A stretch of DNA of 64,000 nt from an uncultured Chloroflexia bacterium (lineage in GTDB: Bacteria; Chloroflexota; Limnocylindria; Limnocylindrales; CSP1-4): positions 997,427-1,061,426 of the forward strand of contig CAWAGP010000010.1 of NCBI GenBank assembly GCA_963781705.1, read 5' to 3'. This document shows, piece by piece, positions 48,150 through 58,492 of this stretch. A program made the translations under genes and the position numbers. The stretch's first letter is position 1, and every line of letters starts with the position of its first letter. The notes below the pieces were generated by a model. It worked only from the letters and a program-made list of their open reading frames with translations, did no database searches and was not told where the DNA came from.

Positions 48150-50143
48150 GCGGGCAGTTCGCCCGCGGTCGGGGCGCGGCTGGCAGTAGGCCCGCGGCCG
48201 GGGGCGGGCCGCGGCGCGGTGGTTTCGGACCGGGTCACATGATGATGGGCGGCGCGCCGCCGGAGAAACCGAAGGACTTCGGCAATTCCTTCCGGCGGTT
48301 GATCGGCCGGCTCCGCCCAGAGCGTGCCCGGCTGGTGCTGGTCATCGCGCTGGCCGTCGTGAGTGTCATCTTCGCGGTGCTCGGACCGAAGATCCTGGGC
48401 GACGCCACGAACATAATCTTCTCGGGCGTCATCAGCCAGAACCTGCCCGCGGGCGTAAGCCAGGCGGACATCGAGGCCGGCCTGCGCGCCAGCGGGCAAA
48501 ATCAGCTCGCCGACATGCTCAGCGGCATGACGCTCACCCCGGGCCTGGGCATCGATTTCGGCGCCCTGGCCAACATCCTCGTGGTGCTCATCGGCATCTT
48601 CGTCGTCAGCGCCCTGTTCGCCTGGGCACAGGCCTACATCATGGCCGGCGTCACTCAGCGCACGGTCTACCGGCTGCGCCAGGACATCGACGTCAAGCTG
48701 GGCAAGCTGCCCCTCAGGTACTTCGACGACCACTCGCGCGGCGACCTGCTCAGCCGCGTGACGAACGACATCGACAACATCGGCCAGACACTCCAGCAGA
48801 GCCTGACCCAGCTCATCACCTCGATCCTGACGGTGATCGGCGTGCTCGTGATGATGCTCACCATCAGCTGGGAGCTGGCGCTCATATCGGTCCTCGCGGT
48901 GCCCGCCGCACTGATCGTGACCCTGTTCATCATCCGCCGCTCACAGCGCCAGTTTGTCGCCCAGTGGGCCTCGACCGGCGCGCTCAACGGACAGGTCGAG
49001 GAGATGCATACCGGCCACAACATCGTGACCGTCTTCGGCCGCCACAAGGAGGCGATGGAGCGCTTCACAGAAGAGAACGAGCGCCTCTATGACGCCAGCT
49101 ACAGGGCGCAGTTCATCTCCGGGATCATCCAGCCGGCGATGAACCTGATCAGCAACTTCAACTATGTCGCCATCGCCGTCATCGGCGGCGTGCGCGTGGC
49201 GAGCGGTCAGATGTCGCTGGGCGACGTGGTTGCGTTCATCCAGTATTCGCGCCAGTTTACGCAGCCCATCGTGCAGGCGGCCAGCATCGCCAACGTGCTG
49301 CAGTCGGCGGTTGCTTCGGCCGAGCGCGTGTTCGAGTTGCTCGACGAGGGCGAGTTGACGCAGCAAACGGACAATCCGCGGCAGCTGGGCGACGTTGTCG
49401 GACGAGTCGGCTTCGACGATGTGTCCTTCCGTTACCGGCCCGAAGCACCGCTCATCGAGCATCTCAGCCTGGTCGCCGAGCCGGGTGCCACGGTGGCCAT
49501 CGTTGGCCCGACGGGCGCCGGCAAGACGACGCTGGTCAACCTGCTGATGCGCTTCTATGAGATCGACGGAGGGAGCATCACGGTCGACGGCATCGACACG
49601 CGCGACGTTACCCGCGAGGACCTGCGGCGCGAGTTTGGCATGGTCCTGCAGGACACGTGGCTGTTCCACGGCACGATCCGCGAGAACATCGCCTACGGCC
49701 GCGAGGATGCGACCGAGGAGCAGATCGTCGCCGCCGCCGAGGAGGCCCACGTCGACCACTTCGTGCGCACCCTGCCGGCCGGCTACGAGACGGTCGTCGA
49801 CGACGATGCGACCAACCTGTCACAGGGCGAGAAGCAGCTGATGACCATTGCACGGGCCTTCCTCGCCGACCCGCGCATCCTCATCCTCGATGAGGCGACG
49901 AGCTCGGTCGACACTCGTACCGAAGTGCTCATCCAGCGCGCCATGGCCAAGCTGATGGCCGGCCGGACGACCTTCGTCATCGCGCACCGCCTATCGACCA
50001 TTCGCGATGCCGACCTGATCGTGGTCATGGATCACGGCAAGATCGTCGAGACGGGCACGCATACCGAACTGCTCGACCGGCGCGGCTTCTACTACGAGCT
50101 CTATCAGAGCCAGTTCGTGGAGGCGCTCGCCGACGTCGCCTGA
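48146..50143 (+). CDS. ABC transporter (type I exporter, TMD-NBD), partner half. Gly/Arg-rich N-terminal 45 aa may be untranslated (alternative start about 48239, MMMGG...).
   Basis: GPTGAGKTT (Walker A), LSQGEKQLMTIARAF (signature), ILILDEATSSVD (Walker B). ATGA overlap with the upstream gene stop. Confidence 0.9.
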   Translation: MSGQFARGRGAAGSRPAAGGGPRRGGFGPGHMMMGGAPPEKPKDFGNSFRRLIGRLRPERARLVLVIALAVVSVIFAVLGPKILGDATNIIFSGVISQNLPAGVSQADIEAGLRASGQNQLADMLSGMTLTPGLGIDFGALANILVVLIGIFVVSALFAWAQAYIMAGVTQRTVYRLRQDIDVKLGKLPLRYFDDHSRGDLLSRVTNDIDNIGQTLQQSLTQLITSILTVIGVLVMMLTISWELALISVLAVPAALIVTLFIIRRSQRQFVAQWASTGALNGQVEEMHTGHNIVTVFGRHKEAMERFTEENERLYDASYRAQFISGIIQPAMNLISNFNYVAIAVIGGVRVASGQMSLGDVVAFIQYSRQFTQPIVQAASIANVLQSAVASAERVFELLDEGELTQQTDNPRQLGDVVGRVGFDDVSFRYRPEAPLIEHLSLVAEPGATVAIVGPTGAGKTTLVNLLMRFYEIDGGSITVDGIDTRDVTREDLRREFGMVLQDTWLFHGTIRENIAYGREDATEEQIVAAAEEAHVDHFVRTLPAGYETVVDDDATNLSQGEKQLMTIARAFLADPRILILDEATSSVDTRTEVLIQRAMAKLMAGRTTFVIAHRLSTIRDADLIVVMDHGKIVETGTHTELLDRRGFYYELYQSQFVEALADVA

Positions 50144-50172
50144 CGGCTGCAATGCCCCGATCTGCGGATCAG

Positions 50173-50688
50173 TCAGATGGGCGGGATGTCGCGCTCCATC
50201 GCGAGCGCGCCGTAGGAGCGGCCCGATTCGGCCTCCGGCCCGTCGTTGAGCAGTCGGAAGCCGATGCGCTCGTAGAAGCGCTGCGCGCCGGCGTTGACGC
50301 CGGTGACCCACAGCACGACGCGACGTGCGCCCCAACCGGCACCCCAGTCGGCGACCGCCTGCACCAGCCCGCGCCCCGCGCCGCCGCGGCGCACCTCGGG
50401 CGCCACCCACATCGAGAACAGCAGGCAGTCGGTCGGCGGTCGGCGGCGGGCCTGGACCATGCCCACCGGCCAATCGGGCCCCGTCTCGCTATCGAACGCG
50501 AGGAAATAGGTGCGCCGACTGCCGCGTGACGAGGCGCGCGCGATCGAGGTCCATTCGTCGTTGGGCTGATCGACAGCGTCCTCGTAGCGCGTGCCGAACG
50601 CGTATGGCGCCTCGCGCAAGGCGCGCAGGCGCACCTGCCGCAGCAGTTCGCCCTGCTGTGGCGTGATGCGCTCAATCGTGACCGGCAT
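50173..50688 (-). CDS. GNAT family N-acetyltransferase
   Basis: 171 aa. ...LLFSMWVAPEVRRGGAGRGLVQAVADWGAGWGARRVVLWV...NAGAQRFYERIGF, GNAT motifs A/B. Confidence 0.8.
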   Translation of the reverse strand: MPVTIERITPQQGELLRQVRLRALREAPYAFGTRYEDAVDQPNDEWTSIARASSRGSRRTYFLAFDSETGPDWPVGMVQARRRPPTDCLLFSMWVAPEVRRGGAGRGLVQAVADWGAGWGARRVVLWVTGVNAGAQRFYERIGFRLLNDGPEAESGRSYGALAMERDIPPI

Positions 50689-50829
50689 GTCGCCCCATGG
50701 CGGCAGCGTAATTGCCCGACAGGTGGCTTGTCCCTCGGAATCCGCGGGGCGTGACCGGCCGGTGCCGGCGACGCGATCACGACCTTAGGCTCTCACCACG
50801 TTTTGTCGGGATTGGTCACACTAACAGCG

Positions 50830-52980
50830 ATGTTGCTGGATCGATTGAGCTGCGCCTGGCGTCAGGTTGCGGCGACACTGCTGGTCGGGCTGGCGCTGTT
50901 GCTGGCCGGCGCCGGGGCAGTGCGCGCGGTCGACATTCCCTCGCTCCAGAGCGCGGTCACCGACCAGACCGGCGCACTCAGCGGGCAGGAGCCGCAGATC
51001 CAGGATGCGCTCCAGCAACTCTTCACGCGCACCGGCGTGCAGGTGTACGTGCTGTTCGTGCCGACGACGGGCGGCATGGATATCGGCGCGTACGCGGCCG
51101 CTGTCGGCGAACAGAGCCTCGGACCCGACGACGCGCTGCTGACGGTTGCGTTGCAGGAACGCGCGGACAACATCACCACCGGCGTCAACCTGCGCAGCCG
51201 CGTCTCGCAGTCGAGCCTCGACCAGGTGCGCACCAATGTGCTCGAACCCGGCCTCGCGTCCGGTGACTATGGGGGCGCGGTGATAAGCACGGTCAACGCC
51301 CTGGGCAACGTCTTCCCGCCGCTCACACCGCCATCTGTGGCACCCACCGCTGCACCGACGCCCACTGCCACACCGCCGCCCGGCGAACCGGCGCAGGGGT
51401 CATCCGGCACGGCGGCCTTCCTGATCCTGCTGATCATCGCCATCGTCATCGTCGTTGGCGCGGCCTGGCTGATCGCGCGCATGCGCCAGTTGCGGTCTGA
51501 TCGCCAGGCGGCGTTCGAGGAGGCCAAGACCCAGGAACAACTGGGGCGGCAGGCGAACAAGACGCTGATCAAGACGGATGACGACCTGCGTGATGCGGAG
51601 CAGCAGTTGGGCTTCGCCGAGACCGAGTTCGGTAGCGAGCGAGCCAAGCCACTGCGCGACTCCCTGGCCGGTGCGCGCGACGAACTGAACGCCGCGTTCA
51701 CCATCGGCCAGAAGCTCGATGACGACGAGCCTGAAACGCCCGACCAGCGGCGGCAGATGATCCAGGACATCATCACCGGCTGCCAGAAGGCGGAAGCGGT
51801 CATCGCCGCACAAACGGCCGAACTGGGCAGGCTGCGCGACCTGGAACGCAACGCCGCCGACGTGCTCACGCGGCTGGATGGCGACCTCGCCAGCGCACAG
51901 GAGCAGCTCACGACGGCGGCCGCCGACAAGCAGCGCCTGACCAAGTACGCCGACGCAAGCACGGCCTCGGTGGCGGGCAACCTGGACAAGGCACGCGACA
52001 AACTCGCTCTCGCCCAGGACACGGATCGCTGCGGGACACGCGGCGATCACGGCCAACGACAAGGCGGCCGCGGCGAGCGCGGCGAGCGACGCACAGGTCG
52101 CGCTCCAGGATGCGACGGCGATGCTGACGGCGGTGAGCACGCTGGCCGACTCACTCGACCAGACGGCGACCAAGTTGCAGGCCGAACTGAAGGACGCGGC
52201 GGCCGATATCGCCACCGCGCAGGCGGCGGCGAAGAAACAGCCGCCGGCACAGCCGCAAGCCCTGGCCGACGCCCAGACAGCGCTGACTGAAGCCCAAGAG
52301 AAGGGCACGGGCGACCGGCCTGACGTGTTGGCCGCCTTCCAGCGTGCGACGGACGCCCACGCGCTGGCCGACAAGGTCCTTGCCGACGTGCGCGAGCGGC
52401 AGGCTGCCGTGCAGCGCGCCTATCTGGGCGCGCAGTCGGCCATCGCGGCTGCCGACGCGAGCGTCAGCCGCGCGCGTGACTTCATTGCCACCTATCGGCG
52501 CGAGCAGGACATCGGACGCGAGGCACGCAACCGATTGGCCGAAGCGGAACGTCACCTGGCCGCAGCCAAGCCGCTGCTGGATACGGACGCGGCCCAGGCG
52601 CTGGCGGAAGCGCAGGCCGCCAGCCAATACGCCGGCCAGGCGTACGCGCTCGCCCAGCAGGTGCCGCCCAGTTACGGACCTTTCGACCCCAACCAATACC
52701 GACCCGACAACGGCCTGGGCACGCTGCTGGCGGGCGCCATCCTGGGCTCGGTCCTGTCGGGCGGACGCCGTGGCGGTCGGGGCGGTGGTGGCTGGGGAGG
52801 GCCAACCCGGCACGGCGGCAACTGGGGCGGCGGTTTCGGCGGCGGCCGCTCCAGTGGCGGCGGATTTGGTTCGGGCGGTTTCGGGGGAGGGTTTGGTTCA
52901 GGCGGTTTCGGGGGCGGCCACGGCGGCGGTTTCGGCGGCGGCCGATCGAGCAGCCACTTTGGCGGCAACTCGCTCAGTTT
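50830..52980 (+). CDS. YgcG-like TPM-domain protein: signal/anchor, TPM (DUF477) domain, TM helix, about 350-aa coiled-coil region, Gly-rich (GGGF) C-terminal tail. One +1 frameshift near 52020-52030. True 3' end uncertain (about 52975-53020).
   Basis: ORF 50803..52290: DQTGALSGQEPQIQDALQQLFTRTGVQVYVLFVPTTGG...DDALLTVALQERADNITTGVNL (TPM), TM AAFLILLIIAIVIVVGAAWLIA, coiled-coil. Continued in ORF 52121..53491 frame: ...GGGFGGGRSSGGGFGSGGFGGGFGSGGFGGGHGGGFGGG. Frames join if one G is removed at CAGGACACGGATCGC. Confidence 0.65.
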
Positions 52981-53093
52981 AGAGGGCCTAACGGCACTAC
53001 ATCCTCTCGGACCCGCTGACCTACAGTCGCGCCACCGGAGCGCCGAGGCGGCCGTTCACGCATGCCTGGCGTGCGGGGAAAAGGAGCGTCACG

Positions 53094-54425
53094 ATGGGCG
53101 CCACCCTCGGAATCCTGATCGTCATCGGCTTGGCGGCTGCCGGACTCGGCACCCTGATCGATGCGCGCGTGCACGGCGATCCACCTGTGGTCGGGTGGCT
53201 CCTGCTGGTGATCCCGCTACTCGTCGTGGCCTGGATCGCTCGTGCCGTGTACCGCGCGATCGTGATCCGCGGGGATTCGCTCCGCCGCCTCCAGTACCAC
53301 GGCGGATCGAAGGAGGCGCTGGCCGCGATCAGCGTGGTGGCGCTCGTTGTCGGCGGACTGCACTTCGGTATCCAGGCGGCCTACCAGTCGCAGCGCCCCG
53401 GCGCCGAACTCACCGCGGCACTCGCTCCGGCATGCTCCGGGGTGGCCGTCGCCGGCGCCGGCGCGGTCGCGGCACCCGGTACCGCGGCTAACCACCTGGT
53501 TGTCCTCTCCAGCGACGGCACAGAACACGCCTGGACGGGCTATCCGCCGATGGCATGGCGACCGTTGACGCTCGACGATGCCGAATTCGTGGCCTGCATA
53601 TCACCCGAGACGACGTATACGCAGATCCAGGTGTGCAGCTACTCCAACGGGCCGGCGATCACTCGCTACAGCGCTAACCGCGACGTGAAGGTGGTCGAAG
53701 CCGCCACCGGCCGCACGATCGCGTCCTTCACATTGAGCGACAACCCACGCGCGTGCGGCCAGACGGAGAAGCGCGACCTGACCGAGCTGCGCGGCGATGT
53801 CGGCTGGGCGGACTTCCAGGAGCGTGCCACGACCATCGTTGAGACCGGCTCCTACCACTACACCGAGGCCTCAGGAGAACCAACGGTCGCGCCGCAGCCA
53901 ACAATCGCCTCCGGCACGCCGTTGACCCCTGTCAGTCCGGAGCCGACCGAGCAGTCTAAGTCGACTGCGAAGCCCGGGACCGGGTACGGGTCGCGCGACC
54001 TGCCGGTGCCGCTGGGCACCGAATTTGTGGTCGATGGCTGGCGGGTCACGATTGATCGCGTGATGGCGAACGCCAACCAGGCGATGGCCCGGGCAAACCG
54101 CTTCAACGACCCGCCGGCCGCCGGTCACCAGTACTACATGATCTCCGTGACGGCCAAGTTCGTGGGCAGCGGCTCGGACAATCTGCACGCGAGCTTCTCG
54201 ATGCGCGCCATGGGTCAGCTTGCGGTCGAATACTCCACCTTCGAGAACAGCTGCGGAGTGCCGCCTGACCCGGAGATCGAGATCAGCGATCCAACTGTCC
54301 ACAGCGGGGGCATCATCTCCGGCTGGGCGGCGTGCTGGGAGATCGACAAGGAGGACGCGGGCTCGCTCCAGATGGTGATGAAGCCATTCACCACCGACGA
54401 GGAGGTCTGGTTCGCCCTCAGCTGA
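53094..54425 (+). CDS. Hypothetical membrane protein: 3 N-terminal TM helices plus about 330-aa Cys-containing extracytoplasmic domain
   Basis: AAGGAG RBS 7 nt before ATG 53094. MGATLGILIVIGLAAAGLGTLIDA...VVGWLLLVIPLLVVAWIARAVY...ALAAISVVALVVGGLHFGIQAAY, then soluble domain with conserved-looking Cys (CISPETTYTQIQVCSYSNG, ACGQTEK, NSCGVPPDPE). No family recognised. Confidence 0.6.
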   Translation: MGATLGILIVIGLAAAGLGTLIDARVHGDPPVVGWLLLVIPLLVVAWIARAVYRAIVIRGDSLRRLQYHGGSKEALAAISVVALVVGGLHFGIQAAYQSQRPGAELTAALAPACSGVAVAGAGAVAAPGTAANHLVVLSSDGTEHAWTGYPPMAWRPLTLDDAEFVACISPETTYTQIQVCSYSNGPAITRYSANRDVKVVEAATGRTIASFTLSDNPRACGQTEKRDLTELRGDVGWADFQERATTIVETGSYHYTEASGEPTVAPQPTIASGTPLTPVSPEPTEQSKSTAKPGTGYGSRDLPVPLGTEFVVDGWRVTIDRVMANANQAMARANRFNDPPAAGHQYYMISVTAKFVGSGSDNLHASFSMRAMGQLAVEYSTFENSCGVPPDPEIEISDPTVHSGGIISGWAACWEIDKEDAGSLQMVMKPFTTDEEVWFALS

Positions 54426-54437
54426 TGCGTATGTGGG

Positions 54438-55337
54438 TCAGTGCCTGGTGCGTGCGGCGATGCGTCGTAACGCGTCGCCCCAGCCGGCGTCGAGCGGCGC
54501 CCCCGGCTGATCGAGGTCGATCAACAGCGGCGCGTGGTCGGATGGCACCGGCTGGCCCTTGCGCGCCTCGCGGTCGATCTCGGCCCAGATGACCCGTTCG
54601 GCGACCGACCGCGTGACCAGCAGGTGGTCGATGCGCATGCCCAGGTTCTTGTGGAAGTTGCCGGCGCGGTAATCCCACCAGCTGAAACGACTTGGTTCTG
54701 AATGCTGGGCGCGATAGGCGTCGACCAGGCCCCACTTGATGAGTGTCGCGAAGGCATCGCGCTCGCGAGTCGAGACGTGCGTGCCGCCATGTGCCGCGGC
54801 CTCGTTCCAGACGTCGATCGGCTGCGGCGCGATGTTCAGGTCGCCGCCCAGTACCAGCGGCTCGCCCGGCCGCGTCGTCTCGGCCAGCCACCTGTCCAGG
54901 CGCTCGAACCACGCCAGCTTGCCGGTATAGAAGGGCGAGTCAACGACGCGGCCGTTGGGGGCGTAGAGGCACACGAAACGGATGCCGGCCACGACCGCGC
55001 TGACCATGCGTGCCTCGTCGAACGGATTGAAATCCTCCTCGGCGATGCTCGTGTCGGCGCCGGCTGCGCTGTTGCGCACAGGGCCGTCACCGAAATTGGT
55101 GATGATGCTTGTCGCGTCAACGGGCAGGCGCGAGGCGATAGCCACACCGTTCCAACGGCCCTCGCCGTGGTGGACGAGCTCGTAGCCGCGCATGCGGAAG
55201 GGGAGCAGCGGCGCGTCGTCGTCGGCCAGCTTGGTCTCCTGCAGCAGCAGCACGTCCGGCTGGCCGCGCTCCAGCCACTCGAGCACGCGCTCCATGCGCG
55301 CCTTGAGCGAGTTGACGTTCCAGGTGGCGATGCGCAC
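54438..55337 (-). CDS. xthA: Exodeoxyribonuclease III (Xth, EEP superfamily). Start GTG about 55337; the ORF track extends to 55574.
   Basis: VRIATWNVNSLKARMERVLEWLERGQPDVLLLQETK...VLGGDLNIAPQPIDVW...FSWWDYRAGNFHKNLGMRIDHLL. Confidence 0.85.
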   Translation of the reverse strand: MRIATWNVNSLKARMERVLEWLERGQPDVLLLQETKLADDDAPLLPFRMRGYELVHHGEGRWNGVAIASRLPVDATSIITNFGDGPVRNSAAGADTSIAEEDFNPFDEARMVSAVVAGIRFVCLYAPNGRVVDSPFYTGKLAWFERLDRWLAETTRPGEPLVLGGDLNIAPQPIDVWNEAAAHGGTHVSTRERDAFATLIKWGLVDAYRAQHSEPSRFSWWDYRAGNFHKNLGMRIDHLLVTRSVAERVIWAEIDREARKGQPVPSDHAPLLIDLDQPGAPLDAGWGDALRRIAARTRH

Positions 55338-55411
55338 GACGCGATTATCGGCGGTCCGCCCGCGTGCGGCCGGAACTGGCGGTCCGAGCGGCTCCGCGTC
55401 AAAATGCGCTG

Positions 55412-56101
55412 ATGGACATCGCCCTCGTTCACGGCGCCTACCACGGCGCCTGGTGTTGGGATCTCCTGCGGCCCGAGCTCGAACGGCGCGGGCACCGGGT
55501 GATCGCCATGGACTTGCCCGTCTCCGAACCGGCGCTGGGCGCGGCCGACTACGCCAGGGTTGTCGAGGAGGCACTGGGCGACAGCGCCAACCCGGTGATC
55601 GTCGGCCACTCAGCCGGCGGACTGGTCATTCCGTTGGTGGCCGCCCGACGGCCGGTGCGCAAGCTCATCTTCCTGGCCGCGTTCATCCCGCAGCCGGGCC
55701 TGAGCGCAGGCGAGCAGCGTGCCGCCGAGCCTATCGACGCCAGTTTTGCGCCGACCACGTCCGAGTGGACCGACCTGGGCAACGACGTCTGGATGGTCGG
55801 GCCGAACACGGCGACGGAGATGTTCTACAGCGACGTGCCGAGCGAACTGGCCGGCTGGGCGACGGGACGGCTGCGCCCGCAGTGCTACCAGCTGATGAGC
55901 GAGCCCACGCCACTCAGAGCGTGGCCGGACGTCGAGAGCGGCGCGATCGTGTGCGCGGACGACCATGCCATCAACCCCGACTGGGTCCGGTCCGCGGCCC
56001 GCGCGCGGCTGGGCGCGGCAGCGGTCGAAATCGCGGGCGGCCACTCGCCCTTCCTGTCTCGTCCAGCCGAGCTGGCCCAGCTAATCGACTCCCTGCTCTG
56101 A
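55412..56101 (+). CDS. Alpha/beta-hydrolase (esterase, AB_hydrolase_6-like)
   Basis: MDIALVHGAYHGAWCWDLLRPELERRGHRVIAMDLP...VIVGHSAGG (GxSxG nucleophile elbow)...GGHSPFLSRP. Confidence 0.75.
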   Translation: MDIALVHGAYHGAWCWDLLRPELERRGHRVIAMDLPVSEPALGAADYARVVEEALGDSANPVIVGHSAGGLVIPLVAARRPVRKLIFLAAFIPQPGLSAGEQRAAEPIDASFAPTTSEWTDLGNDVWMVGPNTATEMFYSDVPSELAGWATGRLRPQCYQLMSEPTPLRAWPDVESGAIVCADDHAINPDWVRSAARARLGAAAVEIAGGHSPFLSRPAELAQLIDSLL

Positions 56102-56118
56102 GGGCTAAGGTAAGCACG

Positions 56119-57351
56119 ATGGCCGTCACGTACCGCATCCCCGGCGCGATCCTCACCGAGCGCGAGCACACCGTTCCCCTCGACCATGACCAGTCCGGCG
56201 GCGCAACCATCACGGTTTTCACCCGCGAAGTCGCCGTGCCGGGCGGCGAGGACAGGCCATATCTCGTCTTCCTGCAGGGCGGTCCGGGCATGGAGGCGGC
56301 CCGGCCGACCAGTCCGCCAGGCGGCTGGCTCAAGCGCGCGCTGCAGGAGTACCGCGTGTTGCTGCTCGACCAGCGCGGCACCGGCCGATCGACGCCAGTG
56401 GGCACCGGCATCCCGGGCGACACCGCCGAGCAGCAGGCCGATTACCTGACCCACTTCCGGGCCGACTCGATCGTCCGCGACGCCGAACTCATTCGCCAGG
56501 AACTGGGCGTCGAGCGCTGGAGCATCCTGGGCCAGAGTTTCGGCGGATTTACTTCGCTGACCTACCTTTCGTTTGCCCCGGAGGGGTTGCGCGAGGCGCT
56601 CATCACCGGCGGCCTGTCGCCCGTCGGCCGGCCGGTCGACGATGTGTATGGCGCGACCTATCGACGCCTGATCCAGAAGAACAGGCAGTACTACGAGCGT
56701 TACCCGGACGACCAGCAGCGCGCGCGCGAGATCTTCACGCGGCTCGACGGTGAGGACGTGCGCCTGCCCAATGGCGACCGGCTGACCGCGCGACGCTTCC
56801 GCCAGCTGGGCATGTTCCTGGGCGCGAGCGACGGCTTCGAAAGCATCCACCATGTGCTCGAGCTGCCCTTCGGCTCGAACGGCTTCCTGTACGACGCGCA
56901 GAAGGGCGCCTCGAGCTGGGAGCGCAACCCCATCTACGCCACGATGCACGAGTCGTCGTACGCCGACGGAGTGGCTACCCGATGGTCGTCTGCGCGGCTG
57001 CAGCCCGCCGAGATCGAGACCGAGGGCTACTTCACCGCCGAACACGTCTTCCCGTGGATGTGGGAGGACTACGCCGGGCTGCGCCCGCAGCGCGAGGCGG
57101 CCGAGATCCTGGCCGAGCACCAGTGGCCGCGACTGTACGACGCCGACCAGTTGCGCCACAACGAGGTGCCCGTGGCGGCGACCATCTATGCCTACGATCT
57201 GTACGTCGAGCGCGAATTCGCCGAGGAAACGGCAGCGCTGGTGCGCGGCCTGAAGCCATGGCTGACCAGCGAATACGAGCACAATGGCCTGCGCGCGAAC
57301 GGCGAGCACGTGCTCGGTCGCCTGATCGACCTTGCGCGCGGCCGAGCCTGA
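56119..57351 (+). CDS. pip: Prolyl aminopeptidase (proline iminopeptidase, S33 family)
   Basis: PYLVFLQGGPGMEA...LLLDQRGTGRSTP...WSILGQSFGGFTSLTYL (GQSFGG nucleophile). Tail of six-frame ORF 55192..57351. Confidence 0.85.
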   Translation: MAVTYRIPGAILTEREHTVPLDHDQSGGATITVFTREVAVPGGEDRPYLVFLQGGPGMEAARPTSPPGGWLKRALQEYRVLLLDQRGTGRSTPVGTGIPGDTAEQQADYLTHFRADSIVRDAELIRQELGVERWSILGQSFGGFTSLTYLSFAPEGLREALITGGLSPVGRPVDDVYGATYRRLIQKNRQYYERYPDDQQRAREIFTRLDGEDVRLPNGDRLTARRFRQLGMFLGASDGFESIHHVLELPFGSNGFLYDAQKGASSWERNPIYATMHESSYADGVATRWSSARLQPAEIETEGYFTAEHVFPWMWEDYAGLRPQREAAEILAEHQWPRLYDADQLRHNEVPVAATIYAYDLYVEREFAEETAALVRGLKPWLTSEYEHNGLRANGEHVLGRLIDLARGRA

Positions 57352-57448
57352 GCCGGTCGCGCTAAGCTGTTGCGCGTCATGACCATTCCGCTCGGCGGGC
57401 GTGCCTTGTACGCCTGGCTGGCCACGCTCACTCGCCAGAACGGCTGAT

Positions 57449-57484
57449 CCGCCCCTTCCCATCAAGCGTCGGAGGAAGGGGCGG
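57449..57484. terminator. Perfect 11-bp GC-rich stem-loop (CCGCCCCTTCC-N14-GGAAGGGGCGG) in the pip/GTPase intergenic region. Candidate intrinsic terminator or structured 5' leader element.
   Basis: Inverted repeat read directly in the sequence. No U-tract follows, which is common in high-GC actinobacteria. Confidence 0.45.
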
Positions 57485-57559
57485 GACAGACGCGCGCTGC
57501 CCCACATCGACGTGTGGGCGTGCTCAGCGCGTCGTCTCGCGGAGTGCGAGGAGTAGGTC

Positions 57560-58492
57560 ATGCCGATGCCACATCGGACCTTCGCCCAGGTAGCCAAGCG
57601 CCGGCTGACGGGCACGGAGGGCAAGGAGCGCATCAAGGTCGTCAGGGAGCTGCTTTCGGAGCTGCCCGACTACAAGAACGGACCCTATGCCGACCTGCGC
57701 AAATGGCTGGTCGGCGAAATCGAGGACACCCGCGTACGGTCCCGGGCGGTGCACCGCGACTCGATCGCCGTGCGCCGCGAAGGTGCCGCGCAGGTCGCGC
57801 TGGTGGGCCCGCCCAATGTCGGCAAGTCGTCCCTGCTGCAGGCGCTCTCGGAGATCCAGATCAAGACCGGTGACTACCCCTTCACGACGCTGCGGCCGAT
57901 ACCGGCGCTGACGCGGATCGGCGGCGTGCTGGTGCAATTGCTCGAGATCCCTGGCTTGATCGCGGGCGCCGGCGACGACCGAGGCGGCGGCCGCGCCCTG
58001 CTTGGCGTGCTCCGCTCGGCCGACGCGATCGTCTATTGCCTGCGCGCGTCGGGTGACCCGGCCGAGCTCCACGCCGTGCGGGAAGAGATCGAGCTCGCCG
58101 GCATCGATCTGCCCGCCTTCCTCGCGGCGACACGGGCCGACGAGGCGGCCGAGGACGACTTCGACCGGCTGCGACGCGCCTTCCCTGACCTCGAGGTGCT
58201 GCCGGTCTCGGTGCTCGACGATGGATCGCTGGATGCGCTACGCGCCCACGTCTGGCGGCTGACCGGCCTCATTCGCGTCTACCTGCACACCAACGGCGTG
58301 GTGGCCGAGACGCCCCTGGCGCTCACTCCACCGGCGAGCGTGGCCGACGTGGCCGATGCCGTCCACCACGATCTCGCCGAGAGCTTTGTCGGCGCGCTGT
58401 TGTGGGGCCCCTCCGCGCGCTTCGACGGCCAGCGCGTCGGTCGCACGCAACCAGTCCAGGATGGCGACGTGGTGGAGATACTCAAGGCATGA
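57560..58492 (+). CDS. OBG-type GTPase of the DRG/Rbg-like group with C-terminal TGS domain
   Basis: VALVGPPNVGKSSLL (G1), DYPFTTLRP (G2), EIPGLIAG (G3), C-terminal TGS-like RVYLHTNG...VQDGDVVEI. GAGGAG RBS before ATG. Confidence 0.7.
   Translation: MPMPHRTFAQVAKRRLTGTEGKERIKVVRELLSELPDYKNGPYADLRKWLVGEIEDTRVRSRAVHRDSIAVRREGAAQVALVGPPNVGKSSLLQALSEIQIKTGDYPFTTLRPIPALTRIGGVLVQLLEIPGLIAGAGDDRGGGRALLGVLRSADAIVYCLRASGDPAELHAVREEIELAGIDLPAFLAATRADEAAEDDFDRLRRAFPDLEVLPVSVLDDGSLDALRAHVWRLTGLIRVYLHTNGVVAETPLALTPPASVADVADAVHHDLAESFVGALLWGPSARFDGQRVGRTQPVQDGDVVEILKA

Noticed and set aside
54438-55574. 378-aa Xth ORF including 79-aa Arg-rich N-terminal extension (MPPRQPWRSRPRPAPVRRR...)
   Set aside because: Exonuclease III homology begins at VRIATWNVNSL. 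The extension overlaps the divergent hydrolase gene's upstream region and is wrong-frame GC-rich read-through.
55192-57351. 719-aa plus-strand ORF
   Set aside because: Only the last 410 aa (from ATG 56119) are the prolyl aminopeptidase. The Arg/Gly-rich upstream portion is antisense or alternate-frame read-through over xth and the alpha/beta-hydrolase gene.
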